Shown in pieces: positions 30,416 through 42,005 of a DNA stretch of 64,000 bases. The stretch is from Candidatus Bathyarchaeota archaeon (GTDB taxonomy: Archaea; Thermoproteota; Bathyarchaeia; Bathyarchaeales; Bathycorpusculaceae). Below the pieces are notes generated by a model. It searched no databases and had not been told where the DNA came from. It saw nothing but the letters and a program-made list of their open reading frames with translations. A program made the translations under genes and the position numbers. The stretch lies in assembly GCA_963775685.1 (NCBI GenBank), contig CAVZJV010000014.1:32001-96000 (forward strand), given 5' to 3'. Numbering within the stretch: the stretch's first letter is position 1; each line of letters begins with the position of its first letter.

Positions 30416-31156
30416 GGTTAAAAAGTCAAATGGGGGTTTCTTACCTTTTGTTTTATCATTTCTCTTTCTTAACAGCGCTCTATCGCTTCTAAGCTGATTT
30501 ATCAACAGTTCAATTTTTTCAAAAAGCAACTTGTTGTACTCATCGCTATAATGGCATTTTTTAGCCGCGTCTTTTTCACGCATTCTATATATCGGGTTTG
30601 CGAAGAAAGCCTAAAACAATTCATCGCTTTCCCATTTTTTTAATCGCTAATCATATTCTATGGAAAGCTTCAGCTCCCAAAGACTAAAGCTCAAAACATC
30701 ATGCAAATCACTGTCTGTTAGTCTGTCTAATTGACTTGCCGATAACTTGCTATAAAATTCTTTTTCATCAAATTTAATAGTCTAAGGGTAGATTATCGGC
30801 TTCTTGGAGCTTAATATAATTCCTTAAATCGCCTTCAGATCCTAGCCACATACTTCTAAACCGGAAAAGTCAAAATCCAACTCCCAATTTATGCCCCCAC
30901 CCTACTCTAGAGATCAAAAACTTCACAGAAGAGTTCGCAAAATACTGTAACAAACCTAAAAAGGAGAGGCCAGACTTCAATGAAAGAAATTGGTTTTTGG
31001 CGAAATACGCACCCTTAAAGTAATACTTTCGCAAAAGAACCATCTTCCAAAGCTCATTCGCACTACGGTTGTTACCGCCCGAACATATTTTTTTCAATTA
31101 TTGATGGTTTACTGTTTTGGCATGTAATTATTTTTTGTTGTCTTGTGTAGGTTTTC

Positions 31157-31789
31157 TTAAATTAAAGAATCTATTTCGAGCTTGGGCATAGAATGGGTAT
31201 TTGATGAATATTTGACTTGTTGAGTGCGGTTGCAAGAGTTGGTTGTTTTTTGTTTTGGTACTTTCTTGGGAAGCATCACTTCTAAAACGCCTTCTGATAA
31301 GTTGGCTGTGACTTCGTCTGCTTTTATCTCTTCAGGTAAATCGACCACTCTGTAAAACGATTTGCAAGCTCGCTCTTTGCAAATGTATTCATGTTCTTTC
31401 TTGTCGTATTTCCACCCTACCTCGCCAGCTATTACTACAAGGTTGTCTTGCACTTCGATTTCGATGTCTTCTTTTTTAAAGCCGGGCATTTCCGCCTTCA
31501 ACCGGTAGTCTTTTTCTCGATCTTCCAAATCAACTACTGGAACTCTTGTTTCAGGCATAAAAGAAAAAGCGTCAACCCAATTTGCTGGAAATAGGATTTC
31601 TTCAAAATCGTTTCTGAATCCTGCGAAGGTGTCGTCAAATGCTTGCCAAAGATCTGAAGATGTTGCTGGAGCTAAGGCTGATGTCTTCTTCGAGGGCTTG
31701 CTAATTGCTGCTGTTTTCTTTTTTGTGATTGCCCTTTCAGTTTTTTAGGAGTCTCTTCTGCTTTCGCGGGTTTTTTTATTTTCGCTCAC
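31157..31789 (-). pseudogene. Hsp20/alpha-crystallin small heat-shock protein, frameshifted
   Basis: VDLEDREKDYRLKAEMPGFKKEDIEI...SFYRVVDLPEEI...LSEGVLEVMLPK; N-terminal part (DLWQAFDDTF) in another frame. Confidence 0.8.
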
Positions 31790-31950
31790 TAAAATTACAT
31801 CGTATCCGCTTAACGCAGCTAGATCAACAGCATGTGCTCTCGTATTCGAACGGGAAAAAGCTACTTTCGCAGGGAATACTTCAATTCTCCCTTTTCAGAC
31901 TTCAATAGGTAAGAAGGGAAATTGAAGCGCGTTAATTTAGACTTATTGGC

Positions 31951-32259
31951 TTATTTTAGCAAGTTTATGCTCTCTTCCAGATTCATGGCAAGCTTGATTT
32001 CGTTGGTGTTCCAAGCCATCCATTTTACCATGTCGGGTTCCATAGAGAATTTCCGCAGTGATTCCGAATTTGGGGCTTCATACACCCAAACAGTCAAATG
32101 TTCAGGAATCACCGTCCACGCCCCAATCCTCTTGATTCCGTGCTTCTTCTCTAAGGCGCCCAATTTTTCTGGTAACTGCAATGTTATTTTTTTCATTTTC
32201 TCATTGTTTATTGGACAATTCTCAGGTGAATGCCTTGAAACTATCAAAAATAAAGCCAT
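31951..32259 (-). CDS. Small ferredoxin-like-fold protein (DUF3303/GYD-like)
   Basis: MALFLIVSRHSPENCP...PEHLTVWVYEAP. Confidence 0.6.
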   Translation of the reverse strand: MALFLIVSRHSPENCPINNEKMKKITLQLPEKLGALEKKHGIKRIGAWTVIPEHLTVWVYEAPNSESLRKFSMEPDMVKWMAWNTNEIKLAMNLEESINLLK

Positions 32260-32574
32260 AAATAACGACGCTCTAAAAGGGTTAATACTCAAAACTGAAA
32301 TATAAACCATCTTTGACTTAGAGGGGAATTACCTAAGAATTAGTGATCGTACGGTTGATTTAGTCTTGTAGGCTATGAGGTTTGATTTTGTTATTGAACA
32401 ACCGCTAAATCATGTTTTTTAGTGATTTCTCTAATCTATTGTCTACATTCATTGTCGAAAACTGTTTTTATCATAATTTTGTAACCGGTCGATAAAGTAT
32501 CTTCGAGGTTAGGCTCCATTAGAACAAATGAACTATACTCCAATTTACATTCAGTTAATAATTCCTATCGCGTG

Positions 32575-35500
32575 CTAAGTCATTTGCCGTTCAGCTCTTG
32601 GGGGGGGCAACCGTACAATAAAAGTTGTTCCTTTGCCCTCTTGGCTCTCAAATGTTACGGTGCCGCATAATGCTTCAGTCATCCGCTTGATTACTGCTAG
32701 ACCAAATCCTTGGCCTTTGGCTTTTGTGGTGAACATTGGAGTAAACAACTTGCCTTTCACTGCTTCAGGAATGCCGACACCTGTATCCTTAACAGATATG
32801 ACGGTATCATTTGCTTCTTTGTATGTGCGAATGGTTAGTTTGCCGCCCTTTGGCATGGCTTGAACAGAATTATTCACCAAATTGTACAATATGCGATTTA
32901 TGAAAGTGGAGTCAGCCACAACTTTTGCAGTATCTACTTTAACACTTACTTTAACATTCTCTGGCAAACCGTTCTTTGATAGCAAGTCATCAATTATAAG
33001 TTTCAAATCAGTTTCTTCAGCATTTGGCTTAAGAGGCCTTGCAAAATCTTGCAAATCAGCAACAATTTTGTTAATGTAATCTATATTCTTTTCAATTTCT
33101 GTTAGGCTTTCTTGGATATTATTTTTCTCTTCCCCTTCAGGAATTGAATCCAACTCTGTTTTAGCCAAATAAACATCCCCAATAATAGCCTGCAGTGGAT
33201 TTCGGATATCATGACCCACCATACCCGCAGTAGCTCCTATAGCTGCTAAACGTTCAGCATCCTTCAACTGCACGGCTCTTTGATTAGCAAGCTCCTCCAT
33301 CTGATTAGCATACTCTTCAAGAAGGACAGCTGATTCTTCAAGCTTTAGTTGCATTTGAATTCGTTCAGTAACATCAACATTCGACTCCAACACCTCCACT
33401 ATTTTGCAGTCAGATCCAAATTTTCCCAACCAATAACTTTGCACAACCAACCTACTGCCATCTTTACAAATGTGGACAATTTCTCCTGACCACTTCCCCT
33501 TGGTTCTGAGTTCATTTTGAATCTTCTTAAGCGATTGTGGCAATTGGGTCTTCAACAACAAATTAGCATCTTGCCCTATGGCTTCTTCTTTTGTCCAACC
33601 GTAAAGTCTCTCAGCACCTTTACTCCATAAAGTAACAGTACCCTCAAGCTTTCTGACAATTATAGCGTCGGGACTAAGATCAATAAGCTCAGCCTGCCTT
33701 GCCACAGCTTCCTCAGCTTTCTTGCGTTCAGTAATATCTCGAACTACTGAAACTGATCCAGTAATGGAACCATTCTTATTTCTGATGGGAACAGAACTGA
33801 CTATGCGGGTCTTCAACTCTCCACTCCCGGGAGTTCTTACCATTTCCTCTTGATTTTTTACGATTTCTCCGCTCAGTGCACGCAGAGGTGGAGCTTCCTC
33901 AACAGGTCTTGGGCTGCCATCAGGACGATACACTTCCGAAGATGCAGCTAAGTTTTCAACGTCTGTATTTGAAGAGGCATTTAACTTGAACTCTTTAACC
34001 GCCGACGGATTAGCTAAAGTAAACTTTTTTTCTGCTGCATCAGCAAACCAAATCTCGTCCATTATACCGTTCAACACCGATGACAGCTTATCTCTCTCTT
34101 GCTGCGCTACATCTTTTTGGTGTTCCAACTCCGCTTCAGCTTTCTTGCGCTCAGTAATATCCACAGAAAAACCGATTACACCAATGATATTGCCCTCTGC
34201 GTCCCGGTATGGAATTTTGTCAGTTAGAACCCACCTCTGCCCCTGCGCGGATTGCATCTTTTCTTCAATGCCGACCTTAGCTTTGCCCGATGCAATGACT
34301 TGTTTGTCGTCACTCCAGAAGGCTTCCGCCTCTTCCTTAGGATATATCTCGAAAAGCGACCGCCCTTCAAGCTGCTCTTTAGGCAACCCCATAATCTCGG
34401 CAAACGACTTGTTTACCCGGATGAAATGGTTTTCGAGGTCCTTGTAAAAAATTAACCCTTGGGATGAGTCAATTATTGTTTGCAGTTCATCCTGCTTTTT
34501 CGACAAAGCTTCTTCAGCTTTCTTGCGCTCAGTAATATCAACGAATGCTCCAAGGCAACCACGCACGTTTCCAGCGTCATCCAATAGGGGTTTGGCATTC
34601 CCAAGAATCGTAATCTTTCTGCCACTGGGAACTATTACTTCTAGCTCAGAGTTTTTGATTTCGATGTTTTTTGCGGCTGCTTCCTGCATAGGAAGCTCTT
34701 GGGGCATCAATTCTTTTCCATTCCGGAAAAACCGCCTAGTAGTATCTTGTGCGCTTCCACTTGCTGGTCCAGCTGAAACGTTCTCCTCACCCTCTGCTTC
34801 GTAGAAAGTGTTTGCAGCCTGATTACCAACAATTACTTTGCATTTTGGGTCCTGGGATACCCAAACAGCGGCAGGAATGATATCCATAAGTTTTCGTAGT
34901 TCTTCAGCACTCTGACGAGCGTGTTCCATACTTCTTTTGAGCTCTTCTTCGGCTTTCTTGCGCTCGGTGATGTCCTGAACCATCCCAATTGAACGAATAA
35001 TTTTGCCAGTTTTGTCTCGAACATGATCACATTTTTCGTAGACAACTCTTATTTCACCGGTTGATTTTCTAACCACTCGATGTTCAATTTCATAAGTATC
35101 TCTACCCTCACGTAAAGATCCCAAGTATGCAGAGTCTACGGCTTCACGGTCACTTGGATGAACCGCCTGCAGAAATGCTTCGTACGTTGCGTCGAATTCT
35201 TGAGGTTTCAAACCAAAGATTCGGTAAATTTCATCTGACCACGACAACTTATTTTTTACTAAGTCAAGTTCCCAACTTCCAAGATGTGCAATCTTCTGAC
35301 TCCTTTTTAGACTTCTCTCACTTTCCAGCAAATCTTCTTCGGCTTTTTGGCGTTTAGTAATATCTCGGAAAATTAGTACTACTCCGGTTGTTTTGCCGTC
35401 TTTATCTTTTATAGGTGCTCCGCTATCGTCAATTGGAATTTCCGACCCATCTTTTCGTATCAAAACGGTGTGGTTAGCCAAGCCTACAGCTATACCTTCC

Positions 35501-36171
35501 CTAAGAACTTTAGCGATGGGGTTTTCAACCTCCAAACGAGTTTGCTCGTTTACGATGTTGAAGACTTCTTTCACGGGCTTCTGCACACTTTCGCTCAATG
35601 TCCAACCGGTTAATTCTTCAGCCACGCGGTTCATGAACACTGTTTTGCCTGATGTGTCTGTTGCGATTACGGCATCGCCAATACTAAATAATGTTGTTGA
35701 CCAACGCTGCTCACTTTCCTGCAGCGCTTCATCAGCATTCTTACGCTCTGTGATATCTCGTCCTATGCCAACAATTATTTGTTTTTCAGTTAGCGGATGA
35801 GAGTTCCATGATATCCACCTGTACGAGCCATCTTTGCATCGGTATCTGTTTACGAAGAGAACTGCGTTCTTGCCTGTTTCGTGAGCTCTAAACACAGCTT
35901 GAGTTTTTTCAATGTCGTCTGGATGAAGAAAATCATAAAACGGCTTTGAGATTACCTCTTGTTTTGTCCAGCCTAAAATTCTTTCAAACGAGGGATTTAC
36001 TTGTTTAAAACGGTTGTCAAATCCAACAAGAACTAGCAAATCCAGAGAGTAATCGAAAAACAAGTCAAGTTCAAGTTCTGTTGGCTTGCTTTCAAAGGTT
36101 GCAGGATTACTTTCTTTACTTTCAGGCAAAGAATTCACCAGATCAGCATGAAGTAACCTGTGCGCACGCAA
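32575..36171 (-). CDS. Soluble multi-PAS (about 7) sensor histidine kinase
   Basis: Seven D(I/V)T(E/K)R PAC ends; H-box VGHDIRNPL; N, DTGVGIP, FTTK, GFGL boxes; no TM. Confidence 0.92.
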   Translation of the reverse strand: MRAHRLLHADLVNSLPESKESNPATFESKPTELELDLFFDYSLDLLVLVGFDNRFKQVNPSFERILGWTKQEVISKPFYDFLHPDDIEKTQAVFRAHETGKNAVLFVNRYRCKDGSYRWISWNSHPLTEKQIIVGIGRDITERKNADEALQESEQRWSTTLFSIGDAVIATDTSGKTVFMNRVAEELTGWTLSESVQKPVKEVFNIVNEQTRLEVENPIAKVLREGIAVGLANHTVLIRKDGSEIPIDDSGAPIKDKDGKTTGVVLIFRDITKRQKAEEDLLESERSLKRSQKIAHLGSWELDLVKNKLSWSDEIYRIFGLKPQEFDATYEAFLQAVHPSDREAVDSAYLGSLREGRDTYEIEHRVVRKSTGEIRVVYEKCDHVRDKTGKIIRSIGMVQDITERKKAEEELKRSMEHARQSAEELRKLMDIIPAAVWVSQDPKCKVIVGNQAANTFYEAEGEENVSAGPASGSAQDTTRRFFRNGKELMPQELPMQEAAAKNIEIKNSELEVIVPSGRKITILGNAKPLLDDAGNVRGCLGAFVDITERKKAEEALSKKQDELQTIIDSSQGLIFYKDLENHFIRVNKSFAEIMGLPKEQLEGRSLFEIYPKEEAEAFWSDDKQVIASGKAKVGIEEKMQSAQGQRWVLTDKIPYRDAEGNIIGVIGFSVDITERKKAEAELEHQKDVAQQERDKLSSVLNGIMDEIWFADAAEKKFTLANPSAVKEFKLNASSNTDVENLAASSEVYRPDGSPRPVEEAPPLRALSGEIVKNQEEMVRTPGSGELKTRIVSSVPIRNKNGSITGSVSVVRDITERKKAEEAVARQAELIDLSPDAIIVRKLEGTVTLWSKGAERLYGWTKEEAIGQDANLLLKTQLPQSLKKIQNELRTKGKWSGEIVHICKDGSRLVVQSYWLGKFGSDCKIVEVLESNVDVTERIQMQLKLEESAVLLEEYANQMEELANQRAVQLKDAERLAAIGATAGMVGHDIRNPLQAIIGDVYLAKTELDSIPEGEEKNNIQESLTEIEKNIDYINKIVADLQDFARPLKPNAEETDLKLIIDDLLSKNGLPENVKVSVKVDTAKVVADSTFINRILYNLVNNSVQAMPKGGKLTIRTYKEANDTVISVKDTGVGIPEAVKGKLFTPMFTTKAKGQGFGLAVIKRMTEALCGTVTFESQEGKGTTFIVRLPPPRAERQMT

Positions 36172-36902
36172 GACTAAAAGACTTTTCCAATTAAGCGGTG
36201 ATTTTCACGTATCAAAAGAGTCCTGCACTTTTAGGGCAGAATAATAATTAAAAAGTCGGCATTATTGTTTCTGAATTATTTCCTCATGGAAAAATAAGAT
36301 CAATTAATTTCATCTTTATTTCTTCCCCACGCTTCAAGTGCAAAACTTGTCAATGCCCAATGCCAGCCTCTTTTCTATGCGACACAATAACAATCGGCAA
36401 ATAATCTGAGGCTCAGGTTAAAGTGCGCAAACACCCCGTAGCATAGCCCAATCAAACCACGTCTTAGAGAAAATAGACAAAGAAGCCATAAAACAGAAAA
36501 GGTCAAGAAGCGAATACGTGGAACTGCATTTTGAAGATGTTTTGCCAAGCAATGAAGAATAGAGTAATGAAAACTTTCTACAAACCAAGTATGTTGCTTG
36601 GGGAGTTTATGTTTAAAGTTGCTATTTCAAGCGACTCTAATATGAAGCTATAATTGACAGGTATTTTTAAGCTTCTAAAGAATTAATGTTGGGATTTCCC
36701 TCGATAATAATTCTATAGGCTTGCTTATTTTTTTAACGCCGTGTCTTAAGGATACTATAGTTTACCTATAAATGCAACGCTAAATTCTCGCAGTTTCGAC
36801 TTGAACAGACTCTTTTACTTATTCACATATTATTTTTTTGATTTTTCCAAGAACTTGCTTATATTCTCACGATTCTCAATTAAATAAAGCTGAGATTAAG
36901 TT

Positions 36903-37892
36903 ATGCACACTCTTGACGAAATTGACGTCAAAATTCTCGTAGAGCTTCTTAAAGATGGCCGAAAAAGCTTCACAGATATCGCGAAGCAATGTAACAAGTC
37001 AAAAGACGTCATCTGTAACCATTATAAGGAATTAAAAAATGCCGGCATAATTGTTGGCTCAACGATTCAATTTAACTATTCAAAATTTGGCTACAGCGCT
37101 GTTGCAGTAATAATGCTCAGTTTAGACTCACAGTACATACCTGAAACTCTTGAGCATCTTAAGACAATTCCTAATATCTTCAGCTTTTGCAATTACAACT
37201 CCCCCCCCTACAGCATTATAGTAATTTCTACGTTAAAGGATTTGAGAGATTTAGATTATGCCAAAGAAATAATGAGCAAACAAAATCAAACAAATGAAAT
37301 TAAAACTAGTCTTTGGACAGATGTAAGGAATATCCCTGAAAATGTTTTGGAAGGCGACTTTGAGAAAGAGACCAAAAACGCTGATGAGAAAGGTTCTCAT
37401 GCCCAAATCGATATCGATTTTCACGATATTTTAGTAAAGATTGATGAAATCGATTTGCAAATAGTTGAAAGACTATCGCAAAATGGTCGAATGCCTTTTA
37501 GTAAAATTGCTCAAGAGATAGGTGTCTCAACTGATAACATATCTAGAAGATATGAAAAACTAGTGAAAAACAATTTTATAAAAGTTTCAATTCAGTTTAA
37601 CCCTGTAAAATTGGATTATCAGTGTATTTTAGCAATAAACGTTGCAGTTGCTGATCAGAGAGAAACAAACAAAATAGTTGATAAGTTATCTAAAATTAAA
37701 GGTGTATCCTACATTGTTAAACTAAGTGGGAATTATGACTTGTCACTTGTGGCTTTGGTGAAAAGCAGCGAGGAAATTATTGAAATTAACGAAAAAATAA
37801 CAGAAATCCCTAATATTAAAAAAATAGAAGCATCACTTAGAAAAATTCCTCTGTTTTGGCCTGGTCCACGTCAGTATATCTCAACATTTTGA
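36903..37892 (+). CDS. Tandem (double) Lrp/AsnC regulator
   Basis: Two LDEID..I...L..(D/N)GR..F..IA HTH plus RAM units. Confidence 0.88.
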   Translation: MHTLDEIDVKILVELLKDGRKSFTDIAKQCNKSKDVICNHYKELKNAGIIVGSTIQFNYSKFGYSAVAVIMLSLDSQYIPETLEHLKTIPNIFSFCNYNSPPYSIIVISTLKDLRDLDYAKEIMSKQNQTNEIKTSLWTDVRNIPENVLEGDFEKETKNADEKGSHAQIDIDFHDILVKIDEIDLQIVERLSQNGRMPFSKIAQEIGVSTDNISRRYEKLVKNNFIKVSIQFNPVKLDYQCILAINVAVADQRETNKIVDKLSKIKGVSYIVKLSGNYDLSLVALVKSSEEIIEINEKITEIPNIKKIEASLRKIPLFWPGPRQYISTF

Positions 37893-38048
37893 TACTTTTT
37901 TCTCTGAGAGTTTTTCTGCGCTCGCGCTTTAGTTTATTTGGTGGTGAAAGGTTAACTGTTAGCTAAGAAGTTTGGTGGTTACTCTAATACGATAGGGTTG
38001 AGAGAAATAGCATATATTCACAACTATTTATTATTTTAAACCTATTTT

Positions 38049-40925
38049 TTGAAAAGCTATATACACCTTTTTCTTTTTCAGACTTACTCAATAAAGGAAA
38101 GAAATGAAATGAAAACACTAAAAAATAAAATGACAGCCATTTTAATCACGGCACTTTTAGCAATTTCAGCCGGAGCTACAGTGACGCTAATACCAACTGC
38201 TGCGGCACATACCCCCGGATGGGAGATACCAACATATGCTTACATTGTTGCTGCACCTAATCCTATAGGTGTCGGACAAACTCAGCACATATACATGTGG
38301 CTTGATTGCGTTTTCGGAGCGGCTGGCGGAACATCAGTTCTCAACGGAAATGTTTCGGCAGTAAGCGCAGCATTACTACAAAACAACTACAGATTCCACA
38401 ACTATCATCTCACTATTACGGCTCCTGATAATACAGTAACAACACAAACCTTTGACGTCATCTCAGACTCAACATCATCACAATATTTAAAATTCGTTCC
38501 CACCCAAGTTGGTACGTATACTCTCAACTTCACTTTCCCAGGGCAAGCTTATGATGAATATGACCATTATGAGAAATCGTCACTTATCAACGATACTTAT
38601 TTGCCAAGCTCTGCTTTAACAACGTTTGTTGTCCAGCAAGAACCAATCCCTGATCCTATAAACAGCTATCCACTTCCAGAGCAGTACTGGACGCACCCAA
38701 TCTACGGTGAAAACACCGACTGGTGGACAATCTCATCCAACTGGCTGGGTCTAAATTCACCCGCCCCAGGAGGAGCCAGTACACTCGCTTCAGGCAATGG
38801 ACCAATGTACCGAAATGACGTTATAGGGCCTCAAACTTCCCATGTGATGTGGACAAGACCCCTTCAATTTGGAGGGGTTGTCGGAGGAAACCCATTCCTC
38901 GCCGGTGGCTCTAATCCTAACGGAGCAGTTCAAGGCGTTCAGTACTATGAGGGATCATCATATACCCCGCGATTCGTCAACCCTATAATAATCAACGGAT
39001 ACCTATTCTACACTGAACCAGTATCATTTACCGGAACAGTCAGTGGACCAACTGACGCCATCGACCTTCGCACGGGACAAGTCCTTTGGTCTCGTACAGA
39101 CGTTCCAGCGTTATCTTTTGCCTATTTATACAACGAATGGAATCCAGATCAGCACGGCACTTTCCCACCAATATTGTTCACAAACAACTTTGCACAAGCT
39201 TTTGATGCGTATACAGGAAATCCAATGTTCAATGTCACCGGTGTACCCTCAGGTACTTCAGTTATGGGTCCAAGCGGTGAAATACTGCGGTATGTCTTCA
39301 CAAACCTTGGCACAGCAACAAATCCCTACTGGATTTTGGCTCAATGGAACTCATCTAGACTTTGGCAATGGGTTGGAAATCCGTACCCTGGAGGTGGAAC
39401 GTATATACCTTCAGTAATAAATGCAAGCAACGGTCTTCTTATTGGAACAATCCCTGTTCCGATTACAGGCACATCTGGCACAACACCATCTGGTAGCTCT
39501 GCTCCAGTACCCTACGGATCCTCTATCATAGTTAATGCAAACGTTCCTCTGACTTCGACTAGTAGTATACTTAGCACCTATGATTGGAATACCACTGTGC
39601 CTTTCACAGGTTCATCCGCAACTGTTCTAACTGCTGACTACGGGGACATCATGGTTTGCATGAACGGCTCGCTGCCATCTGGTTTTGCGCAAACAGGATC
39701 AGGCACATCCCAGGGTCCCTTTACATTCTTCGCTGTCAACCTTAACGCATCTAAAGGCGCAATCGGCCAAATACTTTGGACACAAACATATAATCCTCCG
39801 ACAGGTAACCTCACTCTTGTACAAGGCCCATTTGATTTCCAGAACCGCGTCTTCACTTTCAACTACGTCGAAACTCAACAATGGGCAGGATACAGCATGG
39901 ATACCGGCAAATACCTATGGACAACTCCACCCGAAACAGACACTACACCCTTTAACTACTATGACTGGCGTGGATACAATCCAGGTGTAATTGCTTATGG
40001 CAATCTCTACAGCGGCGGATTCGGCGGAGTTCTCTACGCTTTTAACGATTTGACCGGACAAATAGAATGGACCTATGGAAACGGAGGTGAAGGTAACAGT
40101 ACCAACGCTGGCTTGAACGTCTCCTACGGTAACTATCCCTCCTTTGTACAAGCTATCGGCAACGGCGTCGTATACTTTGTTGCAGAAGAGCACACCATTC
40201 CAAACCCCCTCTACAAAGGAACTTTAGCAAGGGCTATTAACGCCACCACAGGACAAGAAATATGGACTCTCTCAGGCTACGATAGCACATGGGCCTACAG
40301 TGGAAGTGAATGGGCTATAGCAGATGGCTATGCCACTATGATGAACGGACTTGACAACAACATCTACAGCGTAGGCAGAGGACCAAGCGCTTTGACAGTC
40401 TCGGCTTCAAAGGTACAGACAATCGGAGAGAATGTAGTTATAGATGGAACAGTTACTGACATTTCTGCAGGCACAAAGCAAACTCAGCAAGCAGCTGACT
40501 TCCCCAACGGTGTTCCTGTGGCATCTGATGCAAGCATGAAAGACTGGATGGGCTATGTTTACCAACAGAAACCGCTTCCAACTAATTTTACAGGCGTTGA
40601 CGTATCAATAAATGTCTTAGACTCAAATGGTAACTTCAGAAATATAGGAACCACCACGACCGATAAAAGCGGATACTTCACTCTTACATGGACTCCTGAC
40701 ATTACAGGCGACTACAAGGTTATTGCAACTTTTTCTGGCACAAACGGTTACTGGCCATCCAATTCTGAAACCTCATTTAATGTAATGGATGCACATGCCA
40801 CTCCAACACCAATTGCCTCAATAATAGCGTCAAACAATGACACATACATAATGGGTTCAGCAATTATTGTCGTAGTTATCATCGTCGGTGCCATAATAGT
40901 GCTGATGCAACGAAAAAGGCCGTAA
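38049..40925 (+). CDS. PQQ-like beta-propeller surface protein; start probably 38109
   Basis: AHTPGWEIPTYAY, blade repeats, C-terminal TM plus RKRP. Confidence 0.87.
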   Translation: MKSYIHLFLFQTYSIKERNEMKTLKNKMTAILITALLAISAGATVTLIPTAAAHTPGWEIPTYAYIVAAPNPIGVGQTQHIYMWLDCVFGAAGGTSVLNGNVSAVSAALLQNNYRFHNYHLTITAPDNTVTTQTFDVISDSTSSQYLKFVPTQVGTYTLNFTFPGQAYDEYDHYEKSSLINDTYLPSSALTTFVVQQEPIPDPINSYPLPEQYWTHPIYGENTDWWTISSNWLGLNSPAPGGASTLASGNGPMYRNDVIGPQTSHVMWTRPLQFGGVVGGNPFLAGGSNPNGAVQGVQYYEGSSYTPRFVNPIIINGYLFYTEPVSFTGTVSGPTDAIDLRTGQVLWSRTDVPALSFAYLYNEWNPDQHGTFPPILFTNNFAQAFDAYTGNPMFNVTGVPSGTSVMGPSGEILRYVFTNLGTATNPYWILAQWNSSRLWQWVGNPYPGGGTYIPSVINASNGLLIGTIPVPITGTSGTTPSGSSAPVPYGSSIIVNANVPLTSTSSILSTYDWNTTVPFTGSSATVLTADYGDIMVCMNGSLPSGFAQTGSGTSQGPFTFFAVNLNASKGAIGQILWTQTYNPPTGNLTLVQGPFDFQNRVFTFNYVETQQWAGYSMDTGKYLWTTPPETDTTPFNYYDWRGYNPGVIAYGNLYSGGFGGVLYAFNDLTGQIEWTYGNGGEGNSTNAGLNVSYGNYPSFVQAIGNGVVYFVAEEHTIPNPLYKGTLARAINATTGQEIWTLSGYDSTWAYSGSEWAIADGYATMMNGLDNNIYSVGRGPSALTVSASKVQTIGENVVIDGTVTDISAGTKQTQQAADFPNGVPVASDASMKDWMGYVYQQKPLPTNFTGVDVSINVLDSNGNFRNIGTTTTDKSGYFTLTWTPDITGDYKVIATFSGTNGYWPSNSETSFNVMDAHATPTPIASIIASNNDTYIMGSAIIVVVIIVGAIIVLMQRKRP

Positions 40926-40978
40926 AAACAACAATTTCCCTATTTCTTTTTTTTAGTTACAAGCACAGAAAAAATGTG

Positions 40979-41072
40979 GACTGAATAGCTCTGAATAAAT
41001 CTAACGTTGAAGCTGAATGAAAGAGGTTTTGCATTTGCTCTTTTCTCCTAAAAGCCGGAGTCTCAGCAAACC
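40979..41072 (+). repeat. Second copy of the conserved downstream stem element
   Basis: CTGAATAGCTCTGAATAAA...TCTTTTCTCC...CGGAGTCTCAGCAAACC. Confidence 0.55.
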
Positions 41073-41134
41073 CATGATTCTTCAGCAAAAATGTTCTTTG
41101 AACCCGTTTTTTAAAGCATAAAAGTGTACTGGTA

Positions 41135-41149
41135 GGATTTGAACCCAGG
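41135..41149 (-). repeat. tRNA T-arm fragment identical to 9488-9502
   Basis: GGATTTGAACCCAGG 15/15 match. Confidence 0.55.
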
Positions 41150-41377
41150 CGAAAGTGGAGATATCACCCGAAGACTTAACTATTAATTTGTTTTTTGAAT
41201 AATATGATGTACCGTTTATAAGTGTGGTTTTTCAGGAAAAATAGCTTCGTAACGCTCCTAAAAGTAACAACTATTCTGAAGCGTGTGCGCTATCAAATAT
41301 CAGCATTAGAATTGTGAAGTTCGCCAATTCTGCAGTTTGCATTTCCGAAGCAGGCAGAAATTTTGCTAAATATAGAA

Positions 41378-41574
41378 TTAGGTGGTAGGTCTCTGGGTTT
41401 TGAGCCCGTTGACAAACTCTAAATCAGCTCTCGCGCGCTCCAGTTTCTTTAAGGCTTTTTTCTTGAACGTGTTACGTTGGGTGTTTCCATCTTTAGCTTG
41501 CGAGCAATTCTGTAATCGGTCGCTCCGTCTGCTTTCAAATGTAGGATTTTCCATTCGCGCTCAGTCAAAGTCAA
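41378..41574 (-). pseudogene. Small Tfx/sigma70-r4-like HTH protein, frameshift in an A-run (not in ORF track)
   Basis: MTLTEREWKILHLKADGATDYRIARKLKMETPNVTRSRK/ALKKLERARADL. Confidence 0.7.
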
Positions 41575-41669
41575 GACTAACAGGTCTCCTTTTTACCTTC
41601 CGCGCCTTTCTCATCACCGAAAAATGCTCTCTCCCAATCTTGCCTCCATTGCCCACTCCATGAAAAAAT

Positions 41670-42005
41670 TCAGCAGGTCGCCATTTGACTATAGTAATCA
41701 ACAAAATTAACGGGCAAACACACATTCAGTCTCCTCAGCAAACGCTTATAATTAAGACGAACTGAAATCATGCTAACACCGCAAGACTTAGCCAACCTAG
41801 ACTGGGTCGCCTTCTCTTCTCTAAAAACGCATGCAATATACAGTGCAGCCGCCGCTAACGCAGGAGGGCTACGACCGCCAGTAGGCCTAAAACGTCTAGC
41901 ATCCTTCAAAACCTCCTTTGCCAACCTTACCGAAGCATCTGAAAGGCTAAGGTCTTTGGCAATTTCGTCAGCCAACCAATAATAGTCAGCCCTAGGCAAA
42001 CCCAA
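41670..42005 (-). CDS. Stand-alone TFB/TFIIB C-terminal cyclin repeat
   Basis: GRSPPALAAAALYIAC...TQSRLAKSCGVSMISVRLNYKRL. Confidence 0.85.
   Translation of the reverse strand: MGLPRADYYWLADEIAKDLSLSDASVRLAKEVLKDARRFRPTGGRSPPALAAAALYIACVFREEKATQSRLAKSCGVSMISVRLNYKRLLRRLNVCLPVNFVDYYSQMATC

Noticed and set aside
33720-35770. Recurring ~25-nt repeats (GCTTTCTTGCGCTCAGTAATATC-like)
   Set aside because: They encode DITERKKAEE PAS-domain ends inside the kinase; spacing of ~400 nt is not CRISPR-like
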